Shown: positions 20,144-31,500 of the stretch, piece after piece
Layout: each line of letters starts with the position of its first letter
How positions within the stretch are numbered: the stretch's first letter is position 1
Source: Vulcanimicrobiota bacterium
GTDB taxonomy: Bacteria > Vulcanimicrobiota > Vulcanimicrobiia > Vulcanimicrobiales > Vulcanimicrobiaceae
Direction: 5' to 3'
Length of the DNA: 64,000 bases
Assembly (NCBI GenBank): GCA_963714015.1
Contig: OY970223.1
Coordinates: 1,984,001 to 2,048,000, forward strand
Made by a program: the position numbers and the translations under genes
The notes under the pieces: generated by a model
Databases searched by the model: none
Told to the model about the DNA's origin: nothing
What the model saw: the letters and a program-made list of their open reading frames with translations, nothing else

Positions 20144-22478
20144 GTTAGCCGACGCCCGGACCCTCGAGACGCTGGACTTTGCGGGCGTCCGCGATCGCGT
20201 TGTTGCGAACACGCGCACCGAGCGCGGGCGCCGTCTTGCGGAAGACTTGGTTCCGTTCGTCGACTTCGAACGCGTGCGGCGCGAGCAAACGGCTACGGCG
20301 CACGTTCGCGACCTCATCGCTTCGGCCGATATGCACGTGCTCCCGGCCATCGACACGGCTGAACTAACGCAGCGCGCGGGCGCCGGAACGGCGCTCGGGT
20401 CGAGCGAGATCCGTGCTGTGGGCGAAGCTATCGCTGCCGCCGCGGCAGCGTACAATAAGACGCGCGAACAGCCGAGCGAGGTGCTGGACGCAATCACCGC
20501 CGCGTATCGTCCGCTCAAAGACGTCCAGAATGAGATATTCGAGGCAATCGACGAGCGCGGAACGGTTTTGGAGCGTGCGTCGCCGGCGCTTGGGCGTATC
20601 CGCAAGAATCTGCAGCACGCGCAGGCGGAAGCGCGCGATCGGGTCGGCTCACTGCTGCGCAGCGCCAAGTATTCGAAAGCGATTCAAGACTCGGTCGTGA
20701 CGATTCGCGAGGGACGCTTCGTCGTGCCGATCAAGGCGGAGTTCAGCGGCGAAGTGCCCGGCATCGTGCACGACACCAGTTCGAGCGGTCAAACGCTCTT
20801 CGTGGAGCCGCTCGCCGCGCTCGAGGCAAATAACCGCGTGCGAACGCTGCGTTTGGAAGAAGAACGCGAGATCGCGCGGATACTGGCGCAGCTTTCGCGC
20901 CTCATCGGATCGTCGGCGGGGCAGATCGAAGCGAACGTCGAGATGCTCGCGCAGCTCGACCTGCTCGTCGCCAAGGCGCAACTCGCTGCGGCGATGGACG
21001 CGCGCCAACCGGAACACGTCCAGACCTCGACGCTATGCATCACCAATGGCCGCCATCCGCTGCTGGGCGACCGTGCCGTACCGCAGTCGCTGGAGATCGA
21101 CGAGCAGACGCGGCTTATCGTGATCAGCGGTCCGAATATGGGCGGCAAGACCGTCGCGCTCAAAATGGTCGGGCTCTTCGTCTGCATGACGTACTGCGGC
21201 TTGCAGATTCCGGCCACTCAGGGGAGCCGCATCGGACACTTCACGCGGATCTTTACGGACATCGGCGACGAACAATCGATCGCCGAGAACACGTCGACGT
21301 TCTCAGCTCATCTGCGGCGGATGCGGGAGATCATTTCGCAGGCCGGTGAACGATCGCTCGTGCTGGTCGACGAGATTGGGGGCGGCACGGAGCCGACCAG
21401 CGGCGCAGCGCTCGCGATAGCCATGCTCGAGCGGCTGAGTCGAGTGCGGGCCGGCGGCATCGTAACGACGCACGCGACCGAATTGAAACTCTTCGCGCAT
21501 CAGACGCCGGGCGTCGCGAACGCCAGCGTGCGTTTCGATCCGAACACGTTCGCGCCGACGTATCACTTGGACGTCGGCATGCCCGGGCAATCGCTGGCCT
21601 TTCCGCTAGCGCGTGCCTTGGGGATTCCGGGCGAGATCATCGAGCGCGCCGACGCGCTGCTGGGATCGCGCGAACGCGATTATGAGAGCGCGCTTGCGGA
21701 GCTTTCATCGCTGAGCGCGCAGCTTCAGGCTGAGCGCGACGGGGTCCAGCGCGAACGGCAGCACGTCGATCGCTTGCAAGAGAACCTGCGTTCGCGCACC
21801 GAGGCGCTGGAACGCGAACGCCGCGACTTCTCCGACAAAGCTGAGGCGCGTATGCAAGAGGCGCTGCGGGAATTCAGCGCAGAGCTCGCGCGCCGCGCCG
21901 CCGAGAACCAAGCCGCGCGACCGAAAGTGACGACCGCTCAAAGTGCGCTGCTGCAGCGAACGATCGAAGATATGCGCCGCGATTTGGGCGTCAAACCCGA
22001 AGCGCCGAAGACGGCAGACTCCGGAAGATTCGAATCCGGCGATTGGGTGCGCGTGCTTTCTTTCGGACAGGAGGGCAGCGTAATTGCCGACAACGGGGAC
22101 TCGCTGCTAATCGCGATCGGCCCCATGCGAACCGTCGTGGGAAAGAGCGACGTGCAGCGCGCGGGCTCGGGTGAGAAAGTGCGCCGCGGCAGCACCGGCG
22201 GCGGCGGCGCGGCGAAGATGGAGGCCGCCGCACGCACGATGAGCGAGCTCGACGTACGCGGCAAACGCTACATCGAAGCGGAGCCTTTGGTCGATCAATG
22301 GATCGACGAAGCCGTCCTTGCCGGCAACTCGCCGCTGCGCCTAATCCACGGCAAAGGCACCGGTATGCTGGGGCGCGGTCTTCAAGAGTTTCTGCGAAAT
22401 CATTCCAGCGTAAAAAACGTCCGCTACGGTGACGAAAACGAGGGCGGCGGCGGCGTGACGATCTTCGACCTGCGTTAA
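20136..22478 (+). CDS. mutS2: MutS2 family endonuclease/ATPase with Smr domain
   Basis: HDTSSSGQTLFVEP, Walker A GPNMGGKT, DIGDEQSI..STFSAH, C-terminal LDVRG..IHGKGTG. Confidence 0.96.
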   Translation: MAELADARTLETLDFAGVRDRVVANTRTERGRRLAEDLVPFVDFERVRREQTATAHVRDLIASADMHVLPAIDTAELTQRAGAGTALGSSEIRAVGEAIAAAAAAYNKTREQPSEVLDAITAAYRPLKDVQNEIFEAIDERGTVLERASPALGRIRKNLQHAQAEARDRVGSLLRSAKYSKAIQDSVVTIREGRFVVPIKAEFSGEVPGIVHDTSSSGQTLFVEPLAALEANNRVRTLRLEEEREIARILAQLSRLIGSSAGQIEANVEMLAQLDLLVAKAQLAAAMDARQPEHVQTSTLCITNGRHPLLGDRAVPQSLEIDEQTRLIVISGPNMGGKTVALKMVGLFVCMTYCGLQIPATQGSRIGHFTRIFTDIGDEQSIAENTSTFSAHLRRMREIISQAGERSLVLVDEIGGGTEPTSGAALAIAMLERLSRVRAGGIVTTHATELKLFAHQTPGVANASVRFDPNTFAPTYHLDVGMPGQSLAFPLARALGIPGEIIERADALLGSRERDYESALAELSSLSAQLQAERDGVQRERQHVDRLQENLRSRTEALERERRDFSDKAEARMQEALREFSAELARRAAENQAARPKVTTAQSALLQRTIEDMRRDLGVKPEAPKTADSGRFESGDWVRVLSFGQEGSVIADNGDSLLIAIGPMRTVVGKSDVQRAGSGEKVRRGSTGGGGAAKMEAAARTMSELDVRGKRYIEAEPLVDQWIDEAVLAGNSPLRLIHGKGTGMLGRGLQEFLRNHSSVKNVRYGDENEGGGGVTIFDLR

Positions 22479-22502
22479 ACGAGGGCGTCCCGGCCGCGCT
22501 CG

Positions 22503-25248
22503 CTACAGCCGGTATCGCAGCCTAAGCTGAATGCTGCGCCCCATCGGGTAACTCTGCGGCACGTAGCCGGCGCGTCCGTACGTCCACGGAACGGACTGCG
22601 TGCGTCCGTTGTTCGTGGGCACGCCGTTTCCGAGCGTATACGGGACGGAATATCCTCCGGCCGCTTCGTATGCGGCGGCGTAGAATGGATTACCGCCCGC
22701 ATATCCCGGCGGTCCGATCAAGTACGGGTTGCCTTGTAGCGAGGTAGGTGCAAAATTTCCGAGCAGATTCACGACGTCCAAGATCGCAGTCAATTTGGAC
22801 GTCACTTCCTGCTCGGCATGGACGTTAACGTACGTTTCCGGAGCGGCATAAAGCGTGTCGGGCGTCGAACCTTCGTGCGTTCCCAGCGAACCGATATACG
22901 GGTTCCTCAGCGAATCGTACGGCTGCGACGGATTACGAAGGAAGTAATAATTATAGCCGGGATCGACGTAGTTGTCGTTGGGGACCTGCTGCGGTTGGTG
23001 CGTCGCCGGATTGAAGATCCAGACCGCTGTGCCGTTTCCGTAAGGATACCCCGACTCGAAGGATAGCGAAGGTATGACCCGCAGCCGGCGGTTGCGCGAG
23101 TCGAATTCGCGCGAAAGATTCGCCGAAAACTTCGGGAGATAACTCACTGGGAAGAGCTGCCCGGCAGCAGCGGCCGCCGCGTTGAGACCGTTGTAGGCGA
23201 ACTGCGAGGCGCTCGACGAGTACGCCCGGACGTAATTTGCATCGACCGTCAATCCGCCATGGCTCAACCAAAGCTCGAAGCCTCGCGCGCGAAGGTCGCC
23301 GATGTTCGTGGGAACGCCGACGCCGCCCGGGGCAAGTCCGGATTGCAGCGCCGATCGAAAGTTGTACGGCAGCACGTCGATAAGGTTGGCCTCGTTGACG
23401 TTGTAGAGTGTCGCTCGAAATTCAAAAGGCGCCGCTCCCTCGAGGGAATAAGTGACGTCGTTCGCCGTTTGCGGCGCGAGTTGCACGAACGGCGCGGGCC
23501 TTCCATTAGGCACGTTGCCCGAATCGACACGATCTGCCTCGAGCGGCAATGGAGCGACGGTAATGCGATCGTAGCTCGCGCGAAACGCGATGCTGCCGAG
23601 GCGATAGACGCCCGAAAGATGCGGATCGAGTGCGCCGGCGTCGTAAATCGACCCGGAGCTCGGAACGACGTGCGTGTCGGTATAACGGGCGGTTGCCATG
23701 AGGTCGATCCGCGGCGTTGCGTGCCACGTGTCGCCGAAGTAGCCGAGATACGAAATCAGCGTAGGATTGGATGTTACGAATTCGCCGGCGGTCGGCACGA
23801 CCTGGTTGAGGAAAGAAGTGTTCGTGCGGTACTCGGCGCCGAATCGCAGATCGTCGTTTGCCGTAAGGTCCTCACCGTCGTAGCCTAGTCCCGCTTCACG
23901 ACTGCCTTGCGCCTGCGAGAGCGATATCGAGCCGTCGGGCCAGCCGTTCTCGTCCCAAAATGGACCGCCGGCTCGCGAGCCGTATTGCGACTGGTAAATC
24001 TGCACGCGCGAAAGCGAGTGGGGAGCGGAGTGAAGCCATTGCGCTTTCAAAATGTCATACGAACCGCGAACGCCCGACGCGAAAGCGACAGGCGCGTTTG
24101 CATTGACTTCACCCGGATACGTCGTGGAGCGACCGTCGAACTCTCCAATCGTCTCGCCGGCGTACGGCGAGCCGTACTGCTGATACGCAGCCTGACCGGC
24201 CAGGCCGAGGACGGAGACGTCGTCTTGACGGTCGACTCGAAAATGAACGTTGGATTCAAGCGAATACTCGCCGCGATTCTGCAGCGCCAGACCATACGTT
24301 GCAGCCTCGGAAGGATAGAACGTGCGTCCGTCCCCGTAGTCGAAGTACTGGCCGGCGGCCGTGGCGGCGAACGCGTAACGCCAGCGCAGATCCGGCGTAG
24401 CGCCCAAGATTTGCAGCGAGTTCCGTTGGAACTGCCCGCCACCTAGTCCCACTCCCGATTCGAGCGTTGCGCTCCCGGGATACGTGCCGGCAGCCGGAAT
24501 TTCGTCGATGACGCCGCCAAGCGCATTGTCACCCTGCGTCGTGTATCCCGCGAGCGTCGCCGTCGTAGAAGCAACCCCCGTCGTCGGGAGCTGCGCTCCA
24601 ACGATATTGCCGCCGGGCTCTGCGATGAGTCCTTGAGGAATCGGCACGGAGTCGTAGTCGAAGATCGCATCCGCGACCTTACCGCCGCGCAGAATTGCGT
24701 TTGCGAACTGATCCAAAACGACCCCCGGCACCGATGCAATCGCGCCCTGCACGGTTCCGGCGATGTAGCCCGAAAGTCCGGAGGACGATACCGGAGGAGA
24801 GATTGCGCGAGCCCCAGCTCCACTGACGGTGAAAGCGTCTGCGGCGTTTCCGATCGTAAAGGCCTTATTCGTCGCGCGAATGTTTGCGATCGTATGGATT
24901 TGACGAACCAGACGAAACACCAAGTACAGTGATTGTCCGGGCAGAACCGCCACGCCGCTTTGCATTGCGGCTTGGTATCCGTTCGCTTCTACGGAAACCG
25001 CGTAGTCATCCGGAGTTACGCCCAGGATGTTGAAGCGTCCATGGGCGTCTGAGGTCGCAGTATAGACACCGGAAGGGGACGACACCCTGATGCGTGCATT
25101 GGCGACCGGTAACCCGTCGCCGCTCACGCTGCCGACGATCGTCCCGGTCGTCGCTTCAGCCGCTTCGACCGATGCCGCAGCAAGAGTCTGCGATAAGAAC
25201 GACGAGGAGGAGCGCGAAGCTCATTCGCGCCGAAGATGGAAGCTTCAT
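22503..25248 (-). CDS. TonB-dependent receptor-like outer-membrane protein with N-terminal carboxypeptidase-regulatory-like domain (+1 frame break near 25190, in the signal peptide)
   Basis: Signal peptide, GTIVGSV..P.ANARI..SPSG..T.SD..GRF.I.G domain, plug-like region (LRGG..YD..GG.I), amphipathic strands, C-terminal SIQLRLRYRL. Confidence 0.8.
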
Positions 25249-25299
25249 GAACGGTCCTAGAGAACGCGCAGGGCGTCCGGACGCTGAGTGAGGAGATAT

Positions 25300-25955
25300 T
25301 TAAGGAAGCGTCGGGAGAAGCGGAGGTGCGCGTTCACCTAGCTGGTGAACGTGAATAGCGCTACGGCGAAATGAGGCCGGCTCGGCATAATGACCGGCCA
25401 AAATCGGACTGTTTTCATGAGAGAAAGCATCGGACAAGTATTGCAGTGAAGTCGAACGAGCGTAGCGCACCGCTTGACGATCGAGCGCATCGCGCGCGCG
25501 AGCAGAATCGTACAAACCATTCCTAAAGCCGCATGCGCGGGAACGCTGAACCAGACGGGACCGCCAAGCCATACTCCGCCCCCAAGAAGCGTGCCGCCGG
25601 AGAGCAGTTGTTCAGTGCTTTCCATCGCGTAAAGCGCGGCGAACTGCAGCACGAGAACGTACGGCAGGTCTTGCAGCGGCGATCGTGCGCAGACAAGCGC
25701 CGCCGTTTCAACCAGCCGGTCTTTGTGCCGGCCCGGCCCGCGAAGAAGCTGGAGGCAATGCCTGCAAATCAGCAGGAGCGCCAGCACTGCGCCTGCGAGG
25801 AGGGTCGGGATCACGCTCAAGTGATCGTTATCGGCATATCCTCGCGCAATGAGGCCGCTGTTGGAGACCGTTTCGACCAAAGGGTCACCGAGCGCCGCGG
25901 CAATGAGCGCAACGGCGATAAGGAACGGTAGTCGGGTCCCGGCATCTCTATGCAT
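25300..25955 (-). CDS. Polytopic membrane protein with C-terminal RAPP motif (frame break near 25450); candidate regulatory uORF
   Basis: About 4 TMs in frame 25338..26012. The overlapping frame ends HVHQLGERAPPLLPTLP-stop, 51 nt upstream of the receptor start. Confidence 0.65.
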
Positions 25956-26025
25956 CGTCTGCGTCACGGCTCGTAATCGGCAATTGTCGTCCCGCGGGGT
26001 ACCTGCCTGCATGCTTTGCAGGGTC

Positions 26026-26442
26026 CTAGCGTGGTCTACCTGTTTTCGGTATACGACCGGCTAAGGCTTGCGGCGTCGCGGACTTCGCAGGTTTCACTCC
26101 GCCGCAGTTCGGGCAGCGGCGGGACGGCGAGCGATCCAGACGCGCGGCAAAGCGGTAACCTTTCTTGGCAACAGTCACGACGTATGAATGGCTTGCGACG
26201 CCATCTCCCAGCGCGCGGCGTAACGCAAAGATATGCTGTCTGAGGGTTCCGTCGGTCACCGATTCGTCAGGCCACAACCGTTGGAAGAAAACGTGCCGCT
26301 CGACGACCGCGCAGTCGGCCTCCAGCAACAGCCGCAGAATTTGGAAAGTTTTTTCACTGAGCTGTTTGACGGACGTGCCGTGCGTGAGAAGCCGCCGGGA
26401 AAGATCGAGCCGGTACGGCCCAAATCGATACATCTCAACCAT
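26026..26442 (-). CDS. Stand-alone OmpR/CadC-type winged-helix DNA-binding protein with C-terminal CxxC
   Basis: YRFGPYRLD..LW...V.D.TL.QHI..LRRAL..VVTVAKKGYRF, followed by RRCPNCGG. Confidence 0.85.
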   Translation of the reverse strand: MVEMYRFGPYRLDLSRRLLTHGTSVKQLSEKTFQILRLLLEADCAVVERHVFFQRLWPDESVTDGTLRQHIFALRRALGDGVASHSYVVTVAKKGYRFAARLDRSPSRRCPNCGGVKPAKSATPQALAGRIPKTGRPR

Positions 26443-26449
26443 CACGCAT

Positions 26450-27182
26450 TCAATGCATGATTGGTGCCGGCGATCCGTCGGACCAGTGAGAGACTGGGAC
26501 GAAAAAGAGCGTCCACGGCTCGGGATTGACACGATGACCGTTATCGAAGATCACGGGAGAACCGGGCTCGTCGGCTCCCCAACTCGCACCGTCGTTTGCC
26601 GTATCCGCCTTAGGCGAATAGAACATGACGTGCGGCATCCACGCCTTGGCGGCGTCGGTGAGGTGCTGGTCTTTGGACATCATGTAGGCCATGGAGCCGG
26701 GTGCCGCTGCCGGAAGTTCTTTGGCCGCGACGGCAGCCTTGATGCGATCGTAGATTGCCGATTCCGAAAGGCCCGCCAGAACCATGCCCGTGCGTTTCAA
26801 CGTGTAAGGAAGAACCGTGCGGGAAGCCTCAGGGTTGTAGCAAACCGGCGCGCGCATCTTCCAATCCCAAAACTCGGAGTCTGTCGAACGGGTTCATCCA
26901 CGAACGCTCCACCAAGCACGTGAAGCCGTTGCTGCCCGTCTGGACAACGCGGTATCCGCTCGAGGTTAGGACCAGAACCGTCGCGTGGAGCGAAATCGAG
27001 GACGGCGCCGCGCTTCGGGCAAGGGCGATCTCCGCTCGACTTTGCGGCGTTAGATACTGCGCTAGCGGTGCCATCCGCGGATAGAGGGTGTCTTTGGCCT
27101 CGCCCTGAGCGCACGCGGCCGCCACGGCGAGCGATACAGCGGCAATAGCCGCGGCCGCATGAAATCCCGCTCGAGTCATCAT
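26450..27182 (-). CDS. Secreted hypothetical protein (+1 frame break near 26880)
   Basis: Signal peptide, EIALARSAAP, GSNGFTCLVERSW, then APVCYN, GSMAYMMSK, PHVMFY; SD GGAGG. Confidence 0.75.
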
Positions 27183-27265
27183 AAGTGCCTCCGTTCGGGT
27201 TGTTTTAGTACAACGTACTTGCTAAAAACAAGGCAACGGACCGGTTTGTGACCGGCGCGTCCGCG

Positions 27266-27345
27266 TTTGACAAAATTTGACGGGCTCGAGCCGTCACCGG
27301 CGGCCGGTTCGCTTCGTTTACCATGCGGCCCTTGCAAATTGCAAG
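27266..27345. promoter_or_regulatory. Divergent control region with direct repeat and palindrome
   Basis: TTTGAC-aaaa-TTTGAC (27266-27281, 10-bp period); CTTGCAA-a-TTGCAAG (27331-27345). Confidence 0.5.
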
Positions 27346-27375
27346 TTCGGTAGCACTTTTAGATGGAGAGCCGGC

Positions 27376-27684
27376 GTGACGCACGTGAGGCAAATCGTAT
27401 TCGGTGACTTCGTGCTCGACGTGTCCGGACGAATGCTGCGGCATCGTTCGACGCCGGTTTTGCTTCGTCCCAAGGAGTTCGAGCTGTTGCTGCTGCTCGC
27501 GCTCTCCCGCGGTGCGGCCGTCAGCAAGGAGGCAATCATCGACGTGGTTTGGCATAGCGCGGACGTAAGCGACTCCGCAATTACGCAGAGCATCTACCGG
27601 CTGCGTCAAACGCTGAGCCGTCACGACCCGAATACCAATCATATCGCCACCATTCCCGGTCGCGGTTACCGATTCGCGTCATGA
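27376..27684 (+). CDS. Stand-alone OmpR/CadC-type winged-helix DNA-binding protein
   Basis: FGDFVLD..LRPKEFELL..VSKEAII..VW..SDSAITQSIYRLRQTL..IATIPGRGYRF, ending right after the DNA-binding domain. Confidence 0.88.
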   Translation: MTHVRQIVFGDFVLDVSGRMLRHRSTPVLLRPKEFELLLLLALSRGAAVSKEAIIDVVWHSADVSDSAITQSIYRLRQTLSRHDPNTNHIATIPGRGYRFAS

Positions 27685-28413
27685 AAATCGACGAGCGCGC
27701 CCCGGAAGCGCGCCTGCGTGAGGTACTCGGCGACGTCGATTTGAGCAACGCGCGCCCGATCAAAATTACGCGGAATACCGGATTGTTGTGCGCCGGTTCA
27801 AACTTCCTTGGTGCGGCTAAAATTCTGCCGGACATACGATGGTCGCACAGCATCAGCGTCACGCTTGCGTCCTCTCCACAGTCCGATCTTATCGCGGTTC
27901 TGCGCACTAAAGCGTTGGATGCCGATCAGCGGCGCATCTTCGATCGCCCGACGATCCCTGCGGACGGTTTGGCGGCGCTGTTGCGGCTTGCGGCAAACTG
28001 CGCGAGCGACGAGCGGTTTGAGTCGATCATCTTTGAAGCGTTCCAACTAGCCTCGCGCCGTTCGATGGATCACGCCGCGGCGAAGCCGTTCACTGCGTAT
28101 GCAGCGTCTCAAGCGTTTCATCGAACAGGAGTGCCACCGCGATCTGACCTTGGAACGCATGGCGTGCGTAACCGGCCTATCGACGTTTGCTTGTCTGCGG
28201 CAGTTCAAAGAAGCGACCGGGGCGACGCCGCATGCCTATCTCCTGCAATGCCGGATTCAAAAGGCACTGGGGCTGCTGTGCGTTCATGGCGCGAGCGTTG
28301 GTGCCGTCGCAATTGCCGCCGGCTTTACCGATCAAGCACACTTTGCTCGGATGTTCAAGAGATCGACGGGGATGACGCCGATGCAATACCGCGCTGCAAA
28401 CGCGCTTGGATAA
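27681..28413 (+). CDS. AraC family transcriptional regulator (+1 frame break near 28095)
   Basis: C-terminal LTLERMA..LRQFKEATGATPHAYL..AIAAGFTDQAHFARMFKRSTGMTPMQYR; ATGA overlap with the upstream gene. Confidence 0.85.
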
Positions 28414-28590
28414 AATTGCCCACTTTGGCTTTGGAAAGCCCGTAAAGCGTGTGGATGTTAGGACTTTGCCGCCGTTTTTCCGTCACAGTGATTTCACCGG
28501 ACTACGGCCGCGGTAAACTCAGGCGTCGGAAACAAGGAAACAACGCCACCGGCTGCAGCGCGTCGCCCGGCAACGATAGGAGTAACAACT

Positions 28591-31500
28591 ATGCAGTCAA
28601 CCCTTAGCCGTGCGCGGCGACGGGCGGTTGCGGCATGCTCGGCGATTTTGCTTACGCTGAGTTTGTTCTCGACAACCCTCGCGCCCGCAATCGCGGCAGG
28701 CGGCGTGCAAGGAAACTTGACCGGGTCGGTAGTCGACACGAGTACGCAAGCACCCCTTGCCGACGTTCACGTAGCCGCCCAGTCGCCCTCGGGCAGCTTT
28801 TCAGCCAATCACGGACGCCGGCGGCCACTTCACGATGCTTGGTCTTCCGGCGGACACGTATACCGTGTCCTTCACCAGATCCGGGTACGATTCCATCTCC
28901 CAACCCGGCGTGGCGGTGTTCGGCGACGAAACAAACAGCGTCGGGAACGATTCGAATGAGCAAATCGCTCAAGACCATCGTTCACGTCAACGCACGGGCG
29001 CGCAACGGCGCGTTCCAGCCGACGCAAACGCAAGACGTCACCACGATCAGCGGCCAGCGCATCACGCAGGCGCTGGGCAATGCCACTTCGCGAAACGAGC
29101 AAAACCTTATCCTTGCTGCCCCGGGCGCAATGTTGGATTCGCAGGGCAACATCACGGTTCGCGGCTCGCTCAACGTCGAATTGGGCTATCAGTACGACGG
29201 CGTGAACTTCACGATTCCGTTCTTCGACGGCAACGGCGGCGGCGGTGCAAAACGGCACCGGCGGCTACCTGAACAACCTCGCGGGCGGTTCGGGCGGCTC
29301 GCTGCAAGTCGTCTCCGGTTCCGGCGACGCGACCCAGGGCAACATCGGCGCCGGCGTGATCAACATCGTTCCGCCGCGCGGAACCTACCCTGCGTCGGGA
29401 ATGTTCAACACGGAAGTCGATTCGCCGTACTACGGTCACAAATTCGACGTGAACTACGCATGGGCCACGCCGAACAACCGGCATCAGCGACTACTTCTCG
29501 TACGACGGCTCGCGTGACGTTCCGGAGTACGCGCCGTTCGGCATCGACGCGGCGACGATCGGCGAGTACAATGGACCTACTGCATCAGCCGAATAGACCA
29601 CGACGACCTTCAGAACAACTTCGTGTTTCGCTTCGGCCACAACAACAATATGTCCGCTGCAGTGGCTGATGCGTGTCTCGAACCAAAGCGAGTTCGGCAA
29701 CTACGGCGGTTTAGGGCAGGCATCGTACTACCCGTACAATCCCATCGCAAGTGCGCCGTGGAGCCAAACCTATCCAGGCGTAGTCGATCAAAACGGCAAT
29801 GTCATTGAAACACCCGCCCAGGAGTACGCAGCGACGGTGGGGTTGCTTCCCGGCAGTCCCGTCAACGGACGTTCTCCCCACGACGCCGAGCAGCTGTTCG
29901 CGACGCCGCTCACGTTCAACAAAATCGGTTACACGTGGAATATCAATCCCACGACATTCCTGAACCTGAACTGGGCGAATTTCTACAACCAGACGACCCA
30001 GCATTTCAATACCGCCGCGGAATACCAGATGACTGAGGAACAGGTCGGAGGTCAGCGCGTCTTCGGCGAAATGGATCTCACGCATCAATTCGGTGCGAAC
30101 CACACGACGACGCTCGCCGTTCGCTACCAAGACGACCTTCCGCGTTGGAACAATCAGTCGCCATGGTTTGCATCCGACACGCTGGGATATACCGGCGCCG
30201 CCGTCAATCAGGGCAGCCTCGCCAACGGCGGCGCTGCATATCTGCCGGATATTTCCGACTGGTATCTCCCGCCCAACACCACCGCGCCGGTAAGCGCGGC
30301 CAACCCATGCCCCAATTACCCCGGCAGTTCGACTGCGGGATCGTGCTACATCTACAGTTACATGATGGCGCACGGTCTATGGAACGGTATCGGTTCGCTG
30401 CCGCGGATTCCGAACGCAAGGACTCGACTACCACCATGCAATCTTCCACGAGTCGGGCATCGGTCTTCGCGATCAGTGGACTGTCAATTCGCGTCTGCAC
30501 CTGGATTACGGTCTTCGTCTAGACGCCGACAATTTGGACTGGGGACAGAACCCTTACAACTTCACGTCGGAAGCGCTCTCGAATCCGTCGGACGTGGATC
30601 CGTCGACGAAACTCGGGAATGACTTCCTGCGTCCGCGCGATTGGCAGCCGCGTTTGGCGGCGTCGTACCAACTCGGCGCGGACGACGCCCTGCGTTTTTC
30701 GTACGGGCGCTCCGTGAACTTCTTCTTTGCACAAACGGCCGGTACACCGTTTAACCTCTCGAACGTTCCGTCGTTCATGTTCCAAATGCCCGCGAAGGAT
30801 TCGACCGCGCAACCCGGATGCGGCAGCGGCTGGAATTCGTCACTGCCGGGCGGTCCGGCGTATAACGGTCCGGGCAATTTTTACAAGTGCCCGAACTACG
30901 CGGATTCCCTGTACTGGCTCGGCGATCAGAACTTCGATGCACCCGACCTGGGCGGTTACGGTCCGCCGACGTACAATAACTGGGATCTCCAGTGGTCGCA
31001 TCAGTTCGTAGGGGGACCGGTTAACGGCTTCGGGATGAAGCTTACGGCCTTCGATCGCCGCGGCTACAACGTGGAAGAAAACACGCTGCTGGCCAACGGT
31101 CCGCCGAACCCGATCACCGGTCAAACGGCGGCGTCGGTCTTTGCGACCGAAGCGAACGGCGTCGAGAAGACGTCGGGTATCGAGTTCATGCTCACCGCGC
31201 CGGATCGTCCGACGGGCCTGAGCGGATTCCTGACGATGAACTACATCAGCGAGTTCTCGTCGACTCCACCGGTCGATGCCACGAACTATGCGAACGATCA
31301 GCTGCCGATCCTGTTCCAGGACGAATTCAGCACCGGGCAGCTCTATCGCAGCGCATTCTTGCCGCCGCTTCAAGGGCGCTTGGGGCTCTCGTTCAAGACC
31401 GCCGGCGGATGGAAGATCAATCCGATCTTCGCATTCGACGGAGGCTTCCCGACGGGGGTCGGTTCGCAAACTTATGGGGCAGTGAACGGTCAATATCTCT

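Noticed and set aside
28450..28590. Possible riboswitch (GGAAAC.., c-di-GMP-II or cobalamin-like) before the large receptor
   Set aside because: Only short motif similarity; I could not build the consensus structure by eye. An Rfam scan would settle it.
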